A stretch of DNA of 64,000 nucleotides from Haliotis rubra (Eukaryota), in the NCBI RefSeq assembly GCF_003918875.1, contig NW_025765714.1, positions 1,054,001 to 1,118,000 of the forward strand. The letters run 5' to 3'. The notes under the pieces were generated by a model. The model ran no database searches. It saw only the letters and a program-made list of their open reading frames with translations, and had not been told where the DNA came from. Shown here piece after piece: positions 51,334-64,000 of the stretch (its first letter is position 1; the number at the start of each line of letters is the position of its first letter). The position numbers were made by a program, and so were the translations under genes.

Positions 51334-52771
51334 CTGATGGACGACGTTGTCTGGTACCAGCAGCCAGCAGCCAGCAGCCTCCTCTTGGTGGTACAGATGG
51401 ACGACGTTGTCTGGTACCAGCAGCCAGCAGCCAGCAGCCTCCTCCTGGTGGTACAGATGGACGACGTTGTCTGGTACCAGCAGCCAGCAGCCTCCTCCTG
51501 GTGGTACAGATGGACGACGTTGTCTGGTACCAGAAGCCAGCAGCCTCCTCCTGGTGGTACAGATGGACGACGTTGTCTGGTACCAGCAGCCAGCAGCCTC
51601 CTCTTGGTGGTACAGATGGACGACGTTGTCTAGTACCAGCAGCCAGCAGCCTCCTCCTTGTGGTACAGATGGACGACGTTGTCTGGTACCAGCAGCCAGC
51701 AGCCAGCATCCAGCAGCCTCCTCCTGGTGGTACAGATGGACGACGTTGTCTGGTACCAGCAGCCAGCAGCCAGCAGCCTCCTCCTGGTGGTACAGATGGA
51801 CGACGTTGTCTGGTACCAGCAGCCAGCAGCCTCCTCCTTGTGGTACAGATGGACGACGTTGTCTGGTACAAGCAGCCAGCAGCCTCCTCCTGGTGGTACA
51901 GATGGACGACGTTGTCTGGTACCAGCAGCCAGCAGCCAGCAGCCTCCTCCTGGTGGTACTGATGAACGACGTTGTCTGGTACCAGCAGCCAGCAGCCAGC
52001 AGCCTCCTCCTGGTGGTACTGATGAACGACGTTGTCTGGTACCAGCAGCCAGCAGCCTCCTCCTGGTGGTACAGATGGACGACGTTGTCTGGTACCAGCA
52101 GCCAGCAGCCAGCAGCCTCCTCCTGGTGGTACAGATGGACGACGTTGTCTGGTACCAGCAGCTAGCAGCCTCCTCCTGGTGGTACTGATGGACGACGTTG
52201 TCTGGTACCAGAAGCCAGCAGCCTCCTCCTGGTGGTACAGATGGACGACGTTGTCTGGTACCAGCAGCCAGCAGCCTCCTCCTGGTGGTACAGATGGACG
52301 ACGTTGTCTGGTACCAGCAGCCAGCAGCCTCCTCCTGGTGGTACTGATGGACGACGTTGTCTGGTACCAGCAGCCAGCAGCCAGCAGCCAGCAGCCTCCT
52401 CCTGGTGGTACAGATGGACGACGTTGTCTGGTACCAGCAGCTAGCAGCCTCCTCCTGGTGGTACTGATGGACGACGTTGCCTGGTCCTCCTGGTGGTACT
52501 GATGGACGACGTTGTCTGGTACCAGAAGCCAGCAGCCTCCTCCTGGTGGTACAGATGGACGACGTTGTCTGGTACCAGCAGCCAGCAGCCTCCTCCTGGT
52601 GGTACTGATGGACGACGTTGTCTGGTACCAGCAGCCAGCAGCCTCCTCCTGGTGGTACAGATCGACGACGTTGTCTGGTACCAGAAGCCAGCAGCCAGCA
52701 GCCTCCTCCTGGTGGTACTGATGGACGACGTTGTCTGGTACCAGCAGCCAGCAGTCTCCTCCTGGTGGTAC
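51334..52771. repeat. 53/60/67-bp GC-rich minisatellite
   Basis: Unit gatggacgacgttgtctggtaccag(cagccag)1-3cagcctcctcctggtggtaca. Confidence 0.97.
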
Positions 52772-53083
52772 TTGTTGAGAGACAGTTTCCCATTCCCCAT
52801 GGCCGGCTCAGTTCTTCTACATGGGTCATGAAACTGCGTCTTGCCAGACATATAAGGACTCGACTCGACTCGACTAATAACCGTGTGGTTAATACTCAAG
52901 TTGGCTGTGGACACGGCATCTCTTCAGCATGCATGCCAATTGCATGCCAGGCGGTGCTTAATTAATGCTCATGTGTGTAGTTTTACGCTATTAAATGTTA
53001 TCAGTAAAGTCTTTTAATGAGATTGGAATGTTTTCTGTCCGATATGTTTTGTAGAGGGAAAACCAAGCTGCATAACAACAAAC

Positions 53084-53091
53084 GCAGCGGC

Positions 53092-53122
<31 letters not shown>

Positions 53123-53146
53123 ATAGAAAGAAGAAGAAGACGAAGA
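53084..53146. repeat. Compound CAG/CAA/GAA microsatellite
   Basis: Seen directly in the sequence. Confidence 0.85.
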
Positions 53147-53504
53147 AAAAGAAGCCAGGGTCACCTTAACCCTCATTGCTGCATTCATCGATACGCATGC
53201 AAAAAAGTAACGGAGCACTTATGATTTTTAACCCCTATTATCCCCCATATAGCCATTTATATTCGTAACAAACTTTGTTTGTATGATTATTTTGACCCTT
53301 TGGGCGCACCATACACTAATTCTATGCGCGTGCTACAATCAAAAGAGGGCATCACGTGCAATACGTGTACCCGTCTTTTACCAAATATCGAGTTTCAGTT
53401 ATCCCTTCCTACATCTCAATAAAAAACAATAGATTCTATTGTAAAATCAATAGATTCCGTTGTTGATATTAAGCAAATAGGGTCCTTGTCAGCTGACAAC
53501 TGCT

Positions 53505-53628
53505 CAAGTTATTGGAATACGAAATGATGGACTGAGCTATCGAAATGAGCCTGGCCACCTAATCCCGTTAGTCGCCTCATACGACAAGCATGGGTTACTG
53601 AAGATCAATTCTAACCGGATTTTCACGG
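53505..53628 (-). mobile_element. SINE family B 5' fragment
   Basis: Reverse complement ccgtgaaaatccggttagaattgatcttcagtaacccatgcttgtcgtatgaggcgactaacggg. Confidence 0.75.
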
Positions 53629-53921
53629 ACATGGCCAACAGAACGGTCCAAAAGTGCTTACCGGGTGTAGAGAAAGACGACATATCAGACGTCAGCTGTT
53701 ATTCCCAAAGCACAAAGCAGCTAAACTAGCTTGCTGTCAAGATTTACGTCACTGAATTTGACGTCACAGGGAATGTCCACTGCTCGGACGAAAGCCAATT
53801 TATTCATGACTGATTGCTAAGCTCATATTTTGCGCATCAGAAACATTGAATATGCACAACGGAGTATCTTGCAGCAAGTACCGTTTTGCAGGGGTTCATT
53901 GTTGAGTATGGGGTGCTCCTC

Positions 53922-56659
53922 ACATGATCTGGCTTCTTGGTACTACATGGATTTGATGGCCTCTTGGTACGACATGGATTTGATGGCTTCTTGGTACTAC
54001 ATGGATTTGATGGCCTCTTGGTACTACATGGATTTGATGGCTTCTTGGTACTACATGGATTTGATGGCCTCTTGGTACTACATGGAATTGATGGCTTCTT
54101 GGTACTACATGGATTTGATGGCCTCTTGGTACTACATGGATTTGATGGCTTCTTGGTACTACATGGATTTGATGGCCTCTTGGTACTACATGGGTTTGAT
54201 GGCTTCTTGGTACTACATGGGTTTGATGGCCTCTTGGTACTACATGGATTTGATGGCCTCTTGGTACGACATGGATTTGATGGCTTCTTGGTACTACATG
54301 GATTTGATGGCCTCTTGGTACGACATGGATTTGATGGCTTCTTGGTACTACATGGATTTGATGGCCTCTTGGCACTACATGGATTTGATGGCTTCTTGGT
54401 ACTACATGGGTTTGATGGCTTCTTGGTACTACATGGATTTGATGGCCTCTCGTTACTACATGGATTTGATGGCCTCTTGGTACGACATGGATTTGATGGC
54501 TTCTTGGTACTACATGGGTTTGATGGCCTCTTGGTACTACATGGATTTGATGGCTTCTTGGTACTACATGGATTTGATGGCCTCTTGGTACGACATGGAA
54601 TTGATGGCTTCTTGGTACGACATGGAACTGATGGCCTCTTGGTACTACATGGATTTGATGGCTTCTTGGTACTACATGGGTTTGATGGCTTCTTGGTACT
54701 ACATGGATTTGATGGCTTCTTGGTACTACATGGATTTGATGGCTTCTTGGTACTACATGGATTTGATGGCTTGGCTTACTTGGTACATGGATTTGATACA
54801 TGGGGTACGACATGATTTGATGCTTCTTGGTACTACATGGATTTGATGGCTTCTTGGTACGACATGGAATTGATGGCTTCTTGGTACTACATGGATTTGA
54901 TGGCCTCTTGGTACTACATGGATTTGATGGCTTCTTGGTACTACATGGATTTGATGGCCTCTTGGTACTACATGGATTTGATGGCTTCTTGGTACGACAT
55001 GGAACTGATGGCCTCTTGGTACTACATGGATTTGATGGCTTCTTGGTACTACATGGATTTGATGGATTTGATCTTGGTACGACATGGATTTGATGGCTTC
55101 TTGGTACTACATGGATTTGATGGCTCTTGGTACTACATGGATTTGATGGCTTCTTGGTACTACATGGCTTCTTTTGATGGCCTCTTGGTACTACATGGAT
55201 TTGATGGCTTCTTGGTACTACATGGATTTGATGGCTTCTTGGTACTACATGGATTTGATGGCTTCTTGGTACTATGGATTTGATGGCTTCTTGGTACTAC
55301 ATACATGGATTTGATGGCTACTACATGGGATGGCCTCTTGGTTACATGGATGATGGCTTCTTGGTACTACATGGATTTGATGGCCTCTTGTACGACATGG
55401 ACATGGATTTGATGGCTTCTTGGTACTACATGGATTTGATGGCTTCTTGGTACTACATGGATTTGATGGCTTCTTACTACACATGGATTTGATGGCTCTT
55501 GGTACTTCATGGATTTGATGGTACTACATGGTTTGATGGCCTCTTGGTACTACATGGATTTGATGGCTACTTGGTACTACATGGATTTGATGGCTTCTTG
55601 GTTTTGACATGGAACTGATGGGTACTACATGGATTTGATGGCTTCTTGGTACTACATGGATTTGATGGCCTCTTGGTACTACTTGGATTTACTTCTTGGT
55701 ACTACATGGATTTGATGGCTTCTTGGTACTACATGGATTTGATGGCTTCTTGGTACTACATGGATTTGATGGCTTCTTGGTACATGGATTTGATGGCCTC
55801 TTGGTACTACATGGATTTGATGTACGACATGGAACTGATGGCTTCTTGGTACATGGATTTGATGGCTTCTTGGTACTACATGGATTTGATGGCCTCTTGG
55901 TTACATGGTACTACATGGATTTGATGGCTTCTTGGTACTACATGGATTTGATGGCTTCTTGGTACTACATGGATTTGATGGCCTCTTGGTACGACATGGA
56001 TTTGATGGCTTCTTGGTACTACATGGATTTGATGGCTTCTTGGTACTACATGGATTTGATGGCCTCTTGGTACTACATGGATTTGATGGCTTCTTGGTAC
56101 TACATGGATTTGATGGCCTCTTGGTACTACATGGATTTGACTACATGGATTTGATGGCCTCTTGGTACTACATGGATTTGATGGCTTCTTGGTACTACAT
56201 GGGTTTGATGGCCTCTTGGTACTACATGGATTTTCTTGGTACTACATGGATTTGATGGCTTCTTGGTACTACATGGATTTGATGGCTTCTTGGTACTACA
56301 TGGTTTGATGGCTTCTTGGTACTACATGGATTTGATGGCTTCTTGGTACTACATGGATTTGATGGCTTCTTGGTACTACATGGATTTGATGGCCTCTTAA
56401 TTTACTACATGGATTTGGTGGCTTCTACACATGGAATTGATGGCTTCTTGGTACTACATGGAATTGATGGCTTCTTGGTACGACATGGAATTGATGGCTT
56501 CTTGGTACTACATGGGTTTGATGGCCTCTTGGTACTACATGGATTTGATTTTCTTGGTACTACATGGGTTTGATGGCCTCTTGGTACTACATGGACTTGA
56601 TGGCCTCTTGGTACGACATGGAATTGATGGCTTCTTGGTACGACATGGAATTGATGGCA
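53922..56659. repeat. 27-bp satellite (~100 copies; resumes briefly at 57362-57435)
   Basis: Unit gatttgatggc(t/c)tcttggtactacatg; source of the MDLMASWYY and HGFDGFLVL ORFs. Confidence 0.97.
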
Positions 56660-57361
56660 CGATGTGACTGATTTTTTACCAAAAATAACTATTGCTCTCC
56701 TGCTCAAACTACACAATTAAATTAAGTTTTGGCTAAAAATAACAATTCTGTTATATACCAAGCTGACATTTACACATCAAGAAAGTTTCAATTATGCATA
56801 ATCAGGAAGAACCCGAATGTGAAAGATTCAGACCTTTTTCCAACAATTGAGATTGCTAGTTGACAAAAACTGAAAAAGGCCTCATTAATACGATTTTGGA
56901 ATAATTTTTTTATGATTTTGAGTTTATTGTAGTGGATAAACACTTCTCCTTGCCGGATACTGATAATTACAGCTAAAATCCGTTTGTTTTGTTTGTAAAG
57001 CAACTCTTACTGCATTTTAGAATTTTACTTCTTTTTAGTTTGACTGTAACTTTTCCTAAATCTTAGTTTACAAACTTTCATCCATTCACAATAAATAACG
57101 AATTTATAGGCCACACAACAATCAATTATTACTTTCACTTTTCAAAATAAGGTAACTTGTTTTAGGACAGAAAAACACCTGTTTAAAATATAGGCAATTA
57201 TCCTCATACATGGTAATTTCAATGATGTTTTCGTTTTTGAAATGTTAAATGCTTGCTCTATCAAATTATAAAGGTTATTTTTGGGAAAGAGTTTAGAATT
57301 TCATTTCAGACAAAATTAATTGGTAAAAATACAGGGTGGTGCTTATTCTATGCACAGATGT
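56660..57361. mobile_element. AT-rich insertion splitting the 27-bp satellite, possibly a truncated DNA-transposon end
   Basis: Satellite units on both sides; right end ...ttattctatgcacagatg|TA; no matching left TIR found. Confidence 0.35.
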
Positions 57362-57494
57362 ATACATGGATTTGATGGCCTCTTGGTACTAGATGGATTT
57401 GGTGGCCTCTTTTTACTACATGGATTTGATGGCCTTAAAGCAGACAGAATCTACTAAATCCCACAGTTACCGACTACCCGTACAGACAGTGTGA

Positions 57495-58134
57495 AGAATC
57501 TGGTGATGATAACTTGATTGATGAAGGCTATGCAGAATCTGGTGATGATAACTTGATTGATGAAGGATATGCAGAATCTGGTGATGATAACTTGATTGAT
57601 GAAGGATATGCAGAATCTGGTGATGATAACTTGATTGATGAAGGATATGCAGAATCTGGTGATGATAACTTGATTGATGAAGTCTATGTAGAATCTGGTG
57701 ATGATAACTTGATTGATGAAGGCTATGCAGAATCTGGTTATGATAACTTGATTGATGAAGGCTATGCAGAATCTGGTGATGATAACTTGATTGATGAAGG
57801 CTATGCAGAATCTGGTGATGATAACTTGATTGATGAAGGCTATGCAGAATCTGGTGATGATAACTTGATTGATGAAGGCTATGCAGAATCTGGTGATGAT
57901 AACTTGATTGATGAAGGCTATGCAGAATCTGGTGATGATAACTTGATTGATGAAGGCTATGCAGAATCTGGTGATGATAACTTGATTGATGAAGGCTATT
58001 TAGAATCTGGTGATTATAACTTGATTGATGAAGGCTATTTAGAATCTGGTGATGATAACTTGATTGATGAAGGCTATGCAGATTCTGGTTATGATAACTT
58101 GATTGATGAAGGCTATGCAGAATCTGGTGATGAA
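57495..58134. repeat. 39-bp minisatellite (~16 copies)
   Basis: Unit gaatctggtgatgataacttgattgatgaaggctatgca. Confidence 0.97.
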
Positions 58135-58834
58135 GTCTCCAGTGATGTTGACTGGTCGTTTATGTTTGTTACACTCAAAATGTTCTGTCTCAAACTTTCC
58201 TAAAGTTAATTCAGAAAACAATAAAACGCTTTCATGACCGTCTTTGTAATATAGCACCGTGTTTAGCACCGCTGTATTTCAGAAACTCTGTTTTTACTAA
58301 ATGACCTTTCGCAGCTAGTCAGTCGTGCCCCGCGGTATCTATTGCAGTGCAAGCTTGGACCATCCACCCGAGCAAAGACGGCGCATGCGCCGAACTAACA
58401 CGTAAACATGATCTGTTGCCAAGCTAGTTTACCGCATATGACATCAGATGGAACCTTTTTGTTATCGCAGGGGAGTTCCCGTCCATTGTCCCTACTTCCA
58501 TGCAACACACATGTGAACAACATGGCATATACTTACTCAAGATACCTAAGTAAATCAATGTTGGGACTGCTCCCTGAGCGTATATTAGACCTGGGAAACA
58601 GGCTGAGAATGCGGATGTAACCAATGTGCCTTACCCTGTCCCGCATGGAGATTGAGTGACTCTCACACTATTTTAAACCTGACACGTCATTTACATTCAT
58701 CTGTGGTCTTTGTAATCTTACCGATTTTATATGACATACATACATTTTTGTGTGAAGTGAAATGATAAAAACGTTTGTAATACATGTATTCACTTAGGGG
58801 CAAGAAGAACTCTGAACTATGCCTAAATACTTGC

Positions 58835-60538
58835 CTGCAGCACCCTGCCTTTAACTGCACTTACCTGCACCACCCTGTGTTTTATGGTACATCCCGGTAC
58901 CTCTGTAGCACCGTGCAACACCCTGTCCCTATACCTCTGCAGTACCCTGCCTTTTACTGCACTTCCCTATACCTCTGCACTACCCTGCCTTTTACTGCAC
59001 TTCCCTATACCTCTGCAGTACCCTACCCGTTACTGCCCTTCCCTATACCTCTGCACTACCCTACCCGTTACTGGACTTCCCTATACCTCTGCACTACCCT
59101 GCCCGTTACTGCACTTCCCTATACCTCTGCACTACCCTGCCCGTTACTGCACTTCCCTATACCTCTGCACTACCCTACCCGTTACTGCCCTTCCCTATAC
59201 CTCTGCACTACCCTACCCGTTACTGCACTTCCATATACCTCTGCACTACCCTACCCGTTACTGCACTTCCCTATACCTCTGCACTACCCTACCCGTTACT
59301 GCCCTTCCCTATACCTCTGCACTACCCTACCCGTTACTGCACTTCCCTATACCTCTGCACTACCCTGCCCGTTACTGCACTTCCCTATACCTCTGCAGTA
59401 CCCTGCCTTTTACTGCACTTCCCTATATTTCTGCAGTACCCTACCCGTTACTGCCCTTCCCTATACCTCTGCACTACCCTGCTCGTTACTGCACTTCCCT
59501 ATACTTCTGCAGTACCCTGCCTTCTACTGCACTTCCCTATACCTCTGCAGTACCCTTCCCGTTACTGCACTTCCCTATACCTCTGCAGTACCCTGCATTT
59601 TACTGCACTTCCCTGTACCTCTGTAGCACCCTGCAACACCCTGCCTTTTACTGCACTTCCTTGTACCTCTGCAGTACCCTGCCCGTTACTGCACGTCCCT
59701 GTACCTCTGCAGTACCCTACCCGTTACTGCACTTCCTCTTACCTCTGCAGTACCCTACCCGTGACTGCACTTCCTCGTACCTCTGCAGTACCCTACCCGT
59801 TACTGCACTTCCCTTTCCTCTCCAGTACCCTGCCCGTTACTGCACGTCCCTGTACCTCTGCAGTACCCTACCCGTTCCTGCACTTCCCCTTACCTCTGCA
59901 GTACCCTACACGTTACTGCACTTCCTCTTACCTCTGCAGTACCCTACCCGTTACTGCACTTCCTCGCACCTCTGCAGTACCCTGCCCGTTACTGCATGTC
60001 CCTCTACCTCTGCAGTACCCTACCCGTTACTGCACTTCCTCTTACCTCTGCAGTACCCTACCCGTCACTGCACTTCCCTGTACCTCTCCAGTACCCTACC
60101 CGTTACTGCACTTCCTCGTACCTCTGCAGTACCCTACTCGTTACTGCACTTCCCTGTACCTCTGCAGTACCCTGCCCGTTACTGCACTTCCCTATACCTC
60201 TGCAGTACCCTACCCGTTACTGCACTTCCTCGTACCTCTGCAGTACCCTGCCCGTTACTGCATGTCCCTCTACCTCTGCAGTACCCTACCCGTTACTGCA
60301 CTTCCTCGTACCTCTGCAGTACCCTGCCCGTTACTGCACTTCCCTGTACCTCTCCAGTACCCTACCCGTTACTGCCCTTCCTCGTACCTCTGCAGTACCC
60401 TACCCGTTACTGCACTTCCCTGTAGCTCTGCAGTACCCTGCCCGTTATTGCATGTCCCTGTAACTCTGCAGTACCCTGCCTTTGACTGCACTTCCCTGTA
60501 CCTCTGCAGTACCCTGCCTTTTACTGCACTTCCCTGCA
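58835..60538. repeat. 38-bp C-rich minisatellite (~44 copies)
   Basis: Unit ccctacccgttactgcacttccctatacctctgca(c/g)ta. Confidence 0.97.
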
Positions 60539-60625
60539 GATTAAAGGTTGGGATATATATCTACTTTGATATCCCTTTCCCATTTAGGTTGGTAATTTAC
60601 TTTTCTTGTAATGCATGCTTCCTTA

Positions 60626-61834
60626 CGCCCCTATTCCACACAGACCACTAATCCCACGATTGATGAATTTGAGAATTCGTGAGGATTCTTGGAATTGTGC
60701 AAATTTTCTGGTTCAATTCGTGAAGCTTTACGATTCAGTTACGATACAAGTGAGAGAGAGTCACGAATATTCGGCTGGAATCGCACGAATATTGTCAAGA
60801 ATTCACACTACGATTTACAAGAATCTGTTACGAATACTGCACGAATGTTAGGAATCAGTTACGAACCAGTAAAGAATACGGGGATTGCACGTACGAATCA
60901 GATACGAATAAATGAATTCGTGAATATTCTTGAAAGCCCTAGGAATGAAGGTAGCCATGACCCACAGACGCCTGGCTACAGGAAACTGGTATGACTACCG
61001 ATGTGGCTGCAGCACAGTGGTATGGGTTGTGCAGGAGGTCTGTCAGGCCATCATACAGGAGCTGAAGGATGAAGTCATCCTGCCAAGGACCCATGAGGAC
61101 TGGAAGGCTATTTCCCAGCAGTTGCAAGACCGGTGGAATGTTCCTCATGCCCTTGGGACCTTGGATGGCAAGCTCATAATCCACACAACTCAGGCAGGGT
61201 ATTCTTCAACAGCAAAGGCTTCCTGTCCGGGGTGCTATTGGCCCTGGTGGATGTGGACACTGTTTATATGGATAGACACTGGTGAAGGCCATGTTCTTCT
61301 CCCTCTCCCCTCATTCTCTTGCTTCTCTTTCCTCTCCCCTTGCGCTTGCCCTTGCCTGCAGCTTTTCTAGGCATCTTGCTGATTCGAGGATTTCGTAGCA
61401 CAATCGACAGCAGCTAATGGCCTGAAGTCCTTATATCCCCAATTTGCCCACAATCGTAGCTGATTCGTAGATAGTTCTTACTTGCTACGTACCTGCGTGT
61501 TTTTGTGGGATTCGTACGTGACACATTCGTAGCCGATTCGTGGTCAAGCCTCGAATTGACGTATCCACGACTCAGTTACGATGCCTAAGAATGCACTACG
61601 AATTTGTTACGAATTAACTCCGAGTTTTTTTAATCGGGAGTTCGTGGCCAAAATTTTGAACAGTTCAAAACTTTTGCCACGAATTCCCGATTGCTGAAGA
61701 ATTGCAAGAACTGACTACGACTATATACGAACTAGTTAAGAACTTCACGAACTGATTACGATTCAACTACGATTCCTCATATTTGTCAATTCGTGGCTAT
61801 TCGTGGGATTCGTGGTCTGTGTGGAATAGGGGCA
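60626..61834 (+). mobile_element. PIF/Harbinger transposon, internally deleted
   Basis: TIRs gcccctattccacacagaccac / gtggtctgtgtggaataggggc; TTA TSD; many tacga/ttcgt subterminal repeats; transposase remnant. Confidence 0.92.
60930..61285 (+). pseudogene. Harbinger (HARBI1-like) DDE transposase fragment
   Basis: LATG..STV..VVQEVCQAI..P.T.EDWKAI...RWNVPHALGTLDGK, then in a shifted frame FNSKGFLS.VLLALVD..LFIWID.G. Confidence 0.9.
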
Positions 61835-62312
61835 TTAGCTATAAACCAAACAGTGTGGGCGTACTGTAACGATGAAAATAGTCATACCTTTTTATACGCC
61901 CGGCCCTGAAAGGTCGGTGTCTAATATAGAAAATACGGTCTAGTCATTGTTATATCTATGTGACTGTTATGTTCAAATTCAAACCGTGTATATTCCTCTT
62001 AACTGTTTGTAATTCAAACAACACTACTATATATGACTTCTTTGTTTAGTCTTAGGTTCATAGAAGTAAGACTGAGATACCTCTTTCAGTGTACCTAGTT
62101 CCCCAGTGTGAATCACATGATCTGTATACACATGCAGGACATAATATTCACCGACATTTAACTATAGTTGCAATAGCTACTTAAATCCAGTTTGCATGAC
62201 TAACAAGTCCAGGTATCCTGGGTCAGCCGGTAATACCGCCCTCAATATCAGCTGGTGCACATTGAAGAAACATGGTCTCGTGGTGTGTATCGAGATGATT
62301 TTAAAGGCTTAT

Positions 62313-62313
62313 T

Positions 62314-62367
<54 letters not shown>
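62313..62367. repeat. (ACT)n microsatellite
   Basis: About 18 ACT units. Confidence 0.98.
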
Positions 62368-62499
62368 GCAACCACAGACACACGGGCACGCACAAAACGA
62401 TAACCTTGGATGCGACAATATACCTTATTTTACCTTACCTACACGTGGTTGGAGGCAAGGTTGTTCCCTTAGGGGTATGGTTTCTATATATGTTAACTA

Positions 62500-62830
62500 C
62501 AGGGCAAAAGTTATCACCGACTTCACTTGACCAAAAAACAAAACAAAGAGGTATGTGAGATTTATGATAATTATTTTATTCACAGAAATAATTTTCCAAT
62601 AATTAGACTGAAACTTCATTGTAATGCTGTTCGTGCATTTGACGCAATTCATTGAGAAAGAGGCAAGAAGTCAAAATTGAAAATTACAAGTCATAGTTCA
62701 TTCAAAAAGTGCATAAAGAGTCACATAACGAGACAGGAGTCAGGAGACACGTCATCAATAGGGAGTGTGACCACCCTGGGCATCCATACACGCCAACACA
62801 CGTCTCCTCGTTGACGTCGTAGCGGTTTAT
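62500..62830 (-). mobile_element. Tc1-like transposon 3' fragment
   Basis: Minus strand 62817-62755 encodes TSTRRRVLACMDAQGGHTPY*, the typical Tc1 transposase C-terminus. Confidence 0.75.
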
Positions 62831-63640
62831 TAATTTCGCGAATTCGCGATGTGTCTAATGTTCTTACAGGAATTACATCTTAAGGTAAAATGATATTCAT
62901 CTAAAATCCCAAATTACAAAGAGGACATAAACGTAAATAAATATGTTATCAACACACTGTTGTTAAAAGTAGCATCGACATAAGTTCATACTGCTAAAAT
63001 ACAGAAACATCGAGAACTACTTAAACATCTCAACAACATCCATAATAAATGTATGTGTTGAGATTTATCCTACACAAGTTTTAAATCCGTCTATTGTTTG
63101 AAATTCATAAATTTGTTAACACTAAGTTCATTGTAAAAAGTCAAATCCACATACATTTTAGACTCCTAAAATATAGAAATGTAATGACAATGAATGTTTT
63201 TTAGACTGTGGCCCTAATAAGGTTCTATAGACACCTTTAAAAGATATTTACTTTGGAATATATCCAATGCACATGTGAATGCTTGATGAGTCACAACATA
63301 TAGCAAAAAGTCCGCCGGTGTGATATGGTTAGACACTCCCTGTATACCGGGGTCATGAGAACGCTCGATTCTTCTTCTGGAAATTCCGGAATTCGGGTGA
63401 TTTCTCTGAATCAAAGCTGATCCATAATTTCTCTGTAGTTGTGCAAATTATGTCTGCGTCAGGTTTACCGATTACAATACATTTCTGAATGGTCGGTGAA
63501 TTCATGGCTCAGGACAATATCGTGACGTAATCATTATCATTATTATATTTTTCATCTTTAATTATTGCATAAATCTATTTTTCTACAAATCTACATATAT
63601 GAACACAGAATACAGGTTCATTCTATCAGTTCGTAGGATC

Positions 63641-63862
63641 AATTTTCAAGGTCAAAATATGTCGCATTGTCGCCCCATCTAAGATGCGTGAAAAAAGCCC
63701 AAAAATGCGAGACCACGCGACAACGCGACATATTTTGACCTTGAAAATTGTCGCTATGTCGCATTGTCGCCCTTTGGAGGAATAGAAAAAATATTATTCA
63801 AAACGCAACATGCGACATCGCGACAATGCGACAAATGGCCGAAATGTCGCATTGTCGCGCTT
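63641..63862. repeat. Inverted-repeat element with tgtcgcattgtcgc subrepeats (probable non-autonomous DNA element)
   Basis: aattttcaaggtcaaaatatgtcgc / gcgacatattttgaccttgaaaatt perfect inverted arms. Confidence 0.75.
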
Positions 63863-64000
63863 TGGTTAATTTTGCCTCCCTTCTCGGATTCTATAATAGA
63901 GCGATGGCAACACTACAGTACAGTAGAGAAGAATGAAAACCGACAAGGCCCTCTGCCGCGGGCTTCCTCTTTCACACAAAACCTCAAAGGAGGTTTTGAT

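Noticed and set aside
51200-52965. Many overlapping ORFs up to 399 aa
   Set aside because: Stop-poor GC-rich minisatellite; unit lengths of 53 and 67 break frame
52991-53218. Poly-Cys/Ser ORF, and the poly-Thr ORF at 62196
   Set aside because: Microsatellite translations
53830-56716. MDLMASWYY and HGFDGFLVL repeat ORFs
   Set aside because: 27-bp satellite open in several frames
58784-60651. 513-aa Pro/Cys-rich ORF
   Set aside because: The 38-bp unit is not a multiple of 3, and all frames cycle through the same peptides

Overview
Eukaryotic (animal) genomic DNA, not prokaryotic. The SINE repertoire and gene content suggest a mollusc, probably an abalone-like gastropod (inference). Two spliced genes sit head-to-head. 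On the minus strand is a 10-exon, 739-aa secreted galaxin/usherin-type protein with about 29 di-cysteine motifs and a very basic C-terminal domain (31799->19213). On the plus strand is Mediator subunit MED6 (7 coding exons found, 34230->44506; its short first exon was not located). The rest is repeat-dense: a DIRS-type tyrosine-recombinase retroelement 3' end with an AT-rich satellite embedded in it (duplicated at 3.78 kb spacing), three SINE families, two LINE 3' fragments, an internally deleted PIF/Harbinger element, several MITEs, a Tc1 fragment and more than 15 unrelated minisatellite arrays. Those arrays produce almost all of the long ORFs in the ORF track. The best leads are the galaxin-like protein's domain architecture, a conserved pseudoknot-like fold at the fixed 5' end of one SINE family, the satellite-carrying DIRS end, and splice-site-mimicking arrays next to MED6 exons. 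No CRISPR array, rRNA or true tRNA gene was seen, and no clearly new multi-gene system can be claimed.
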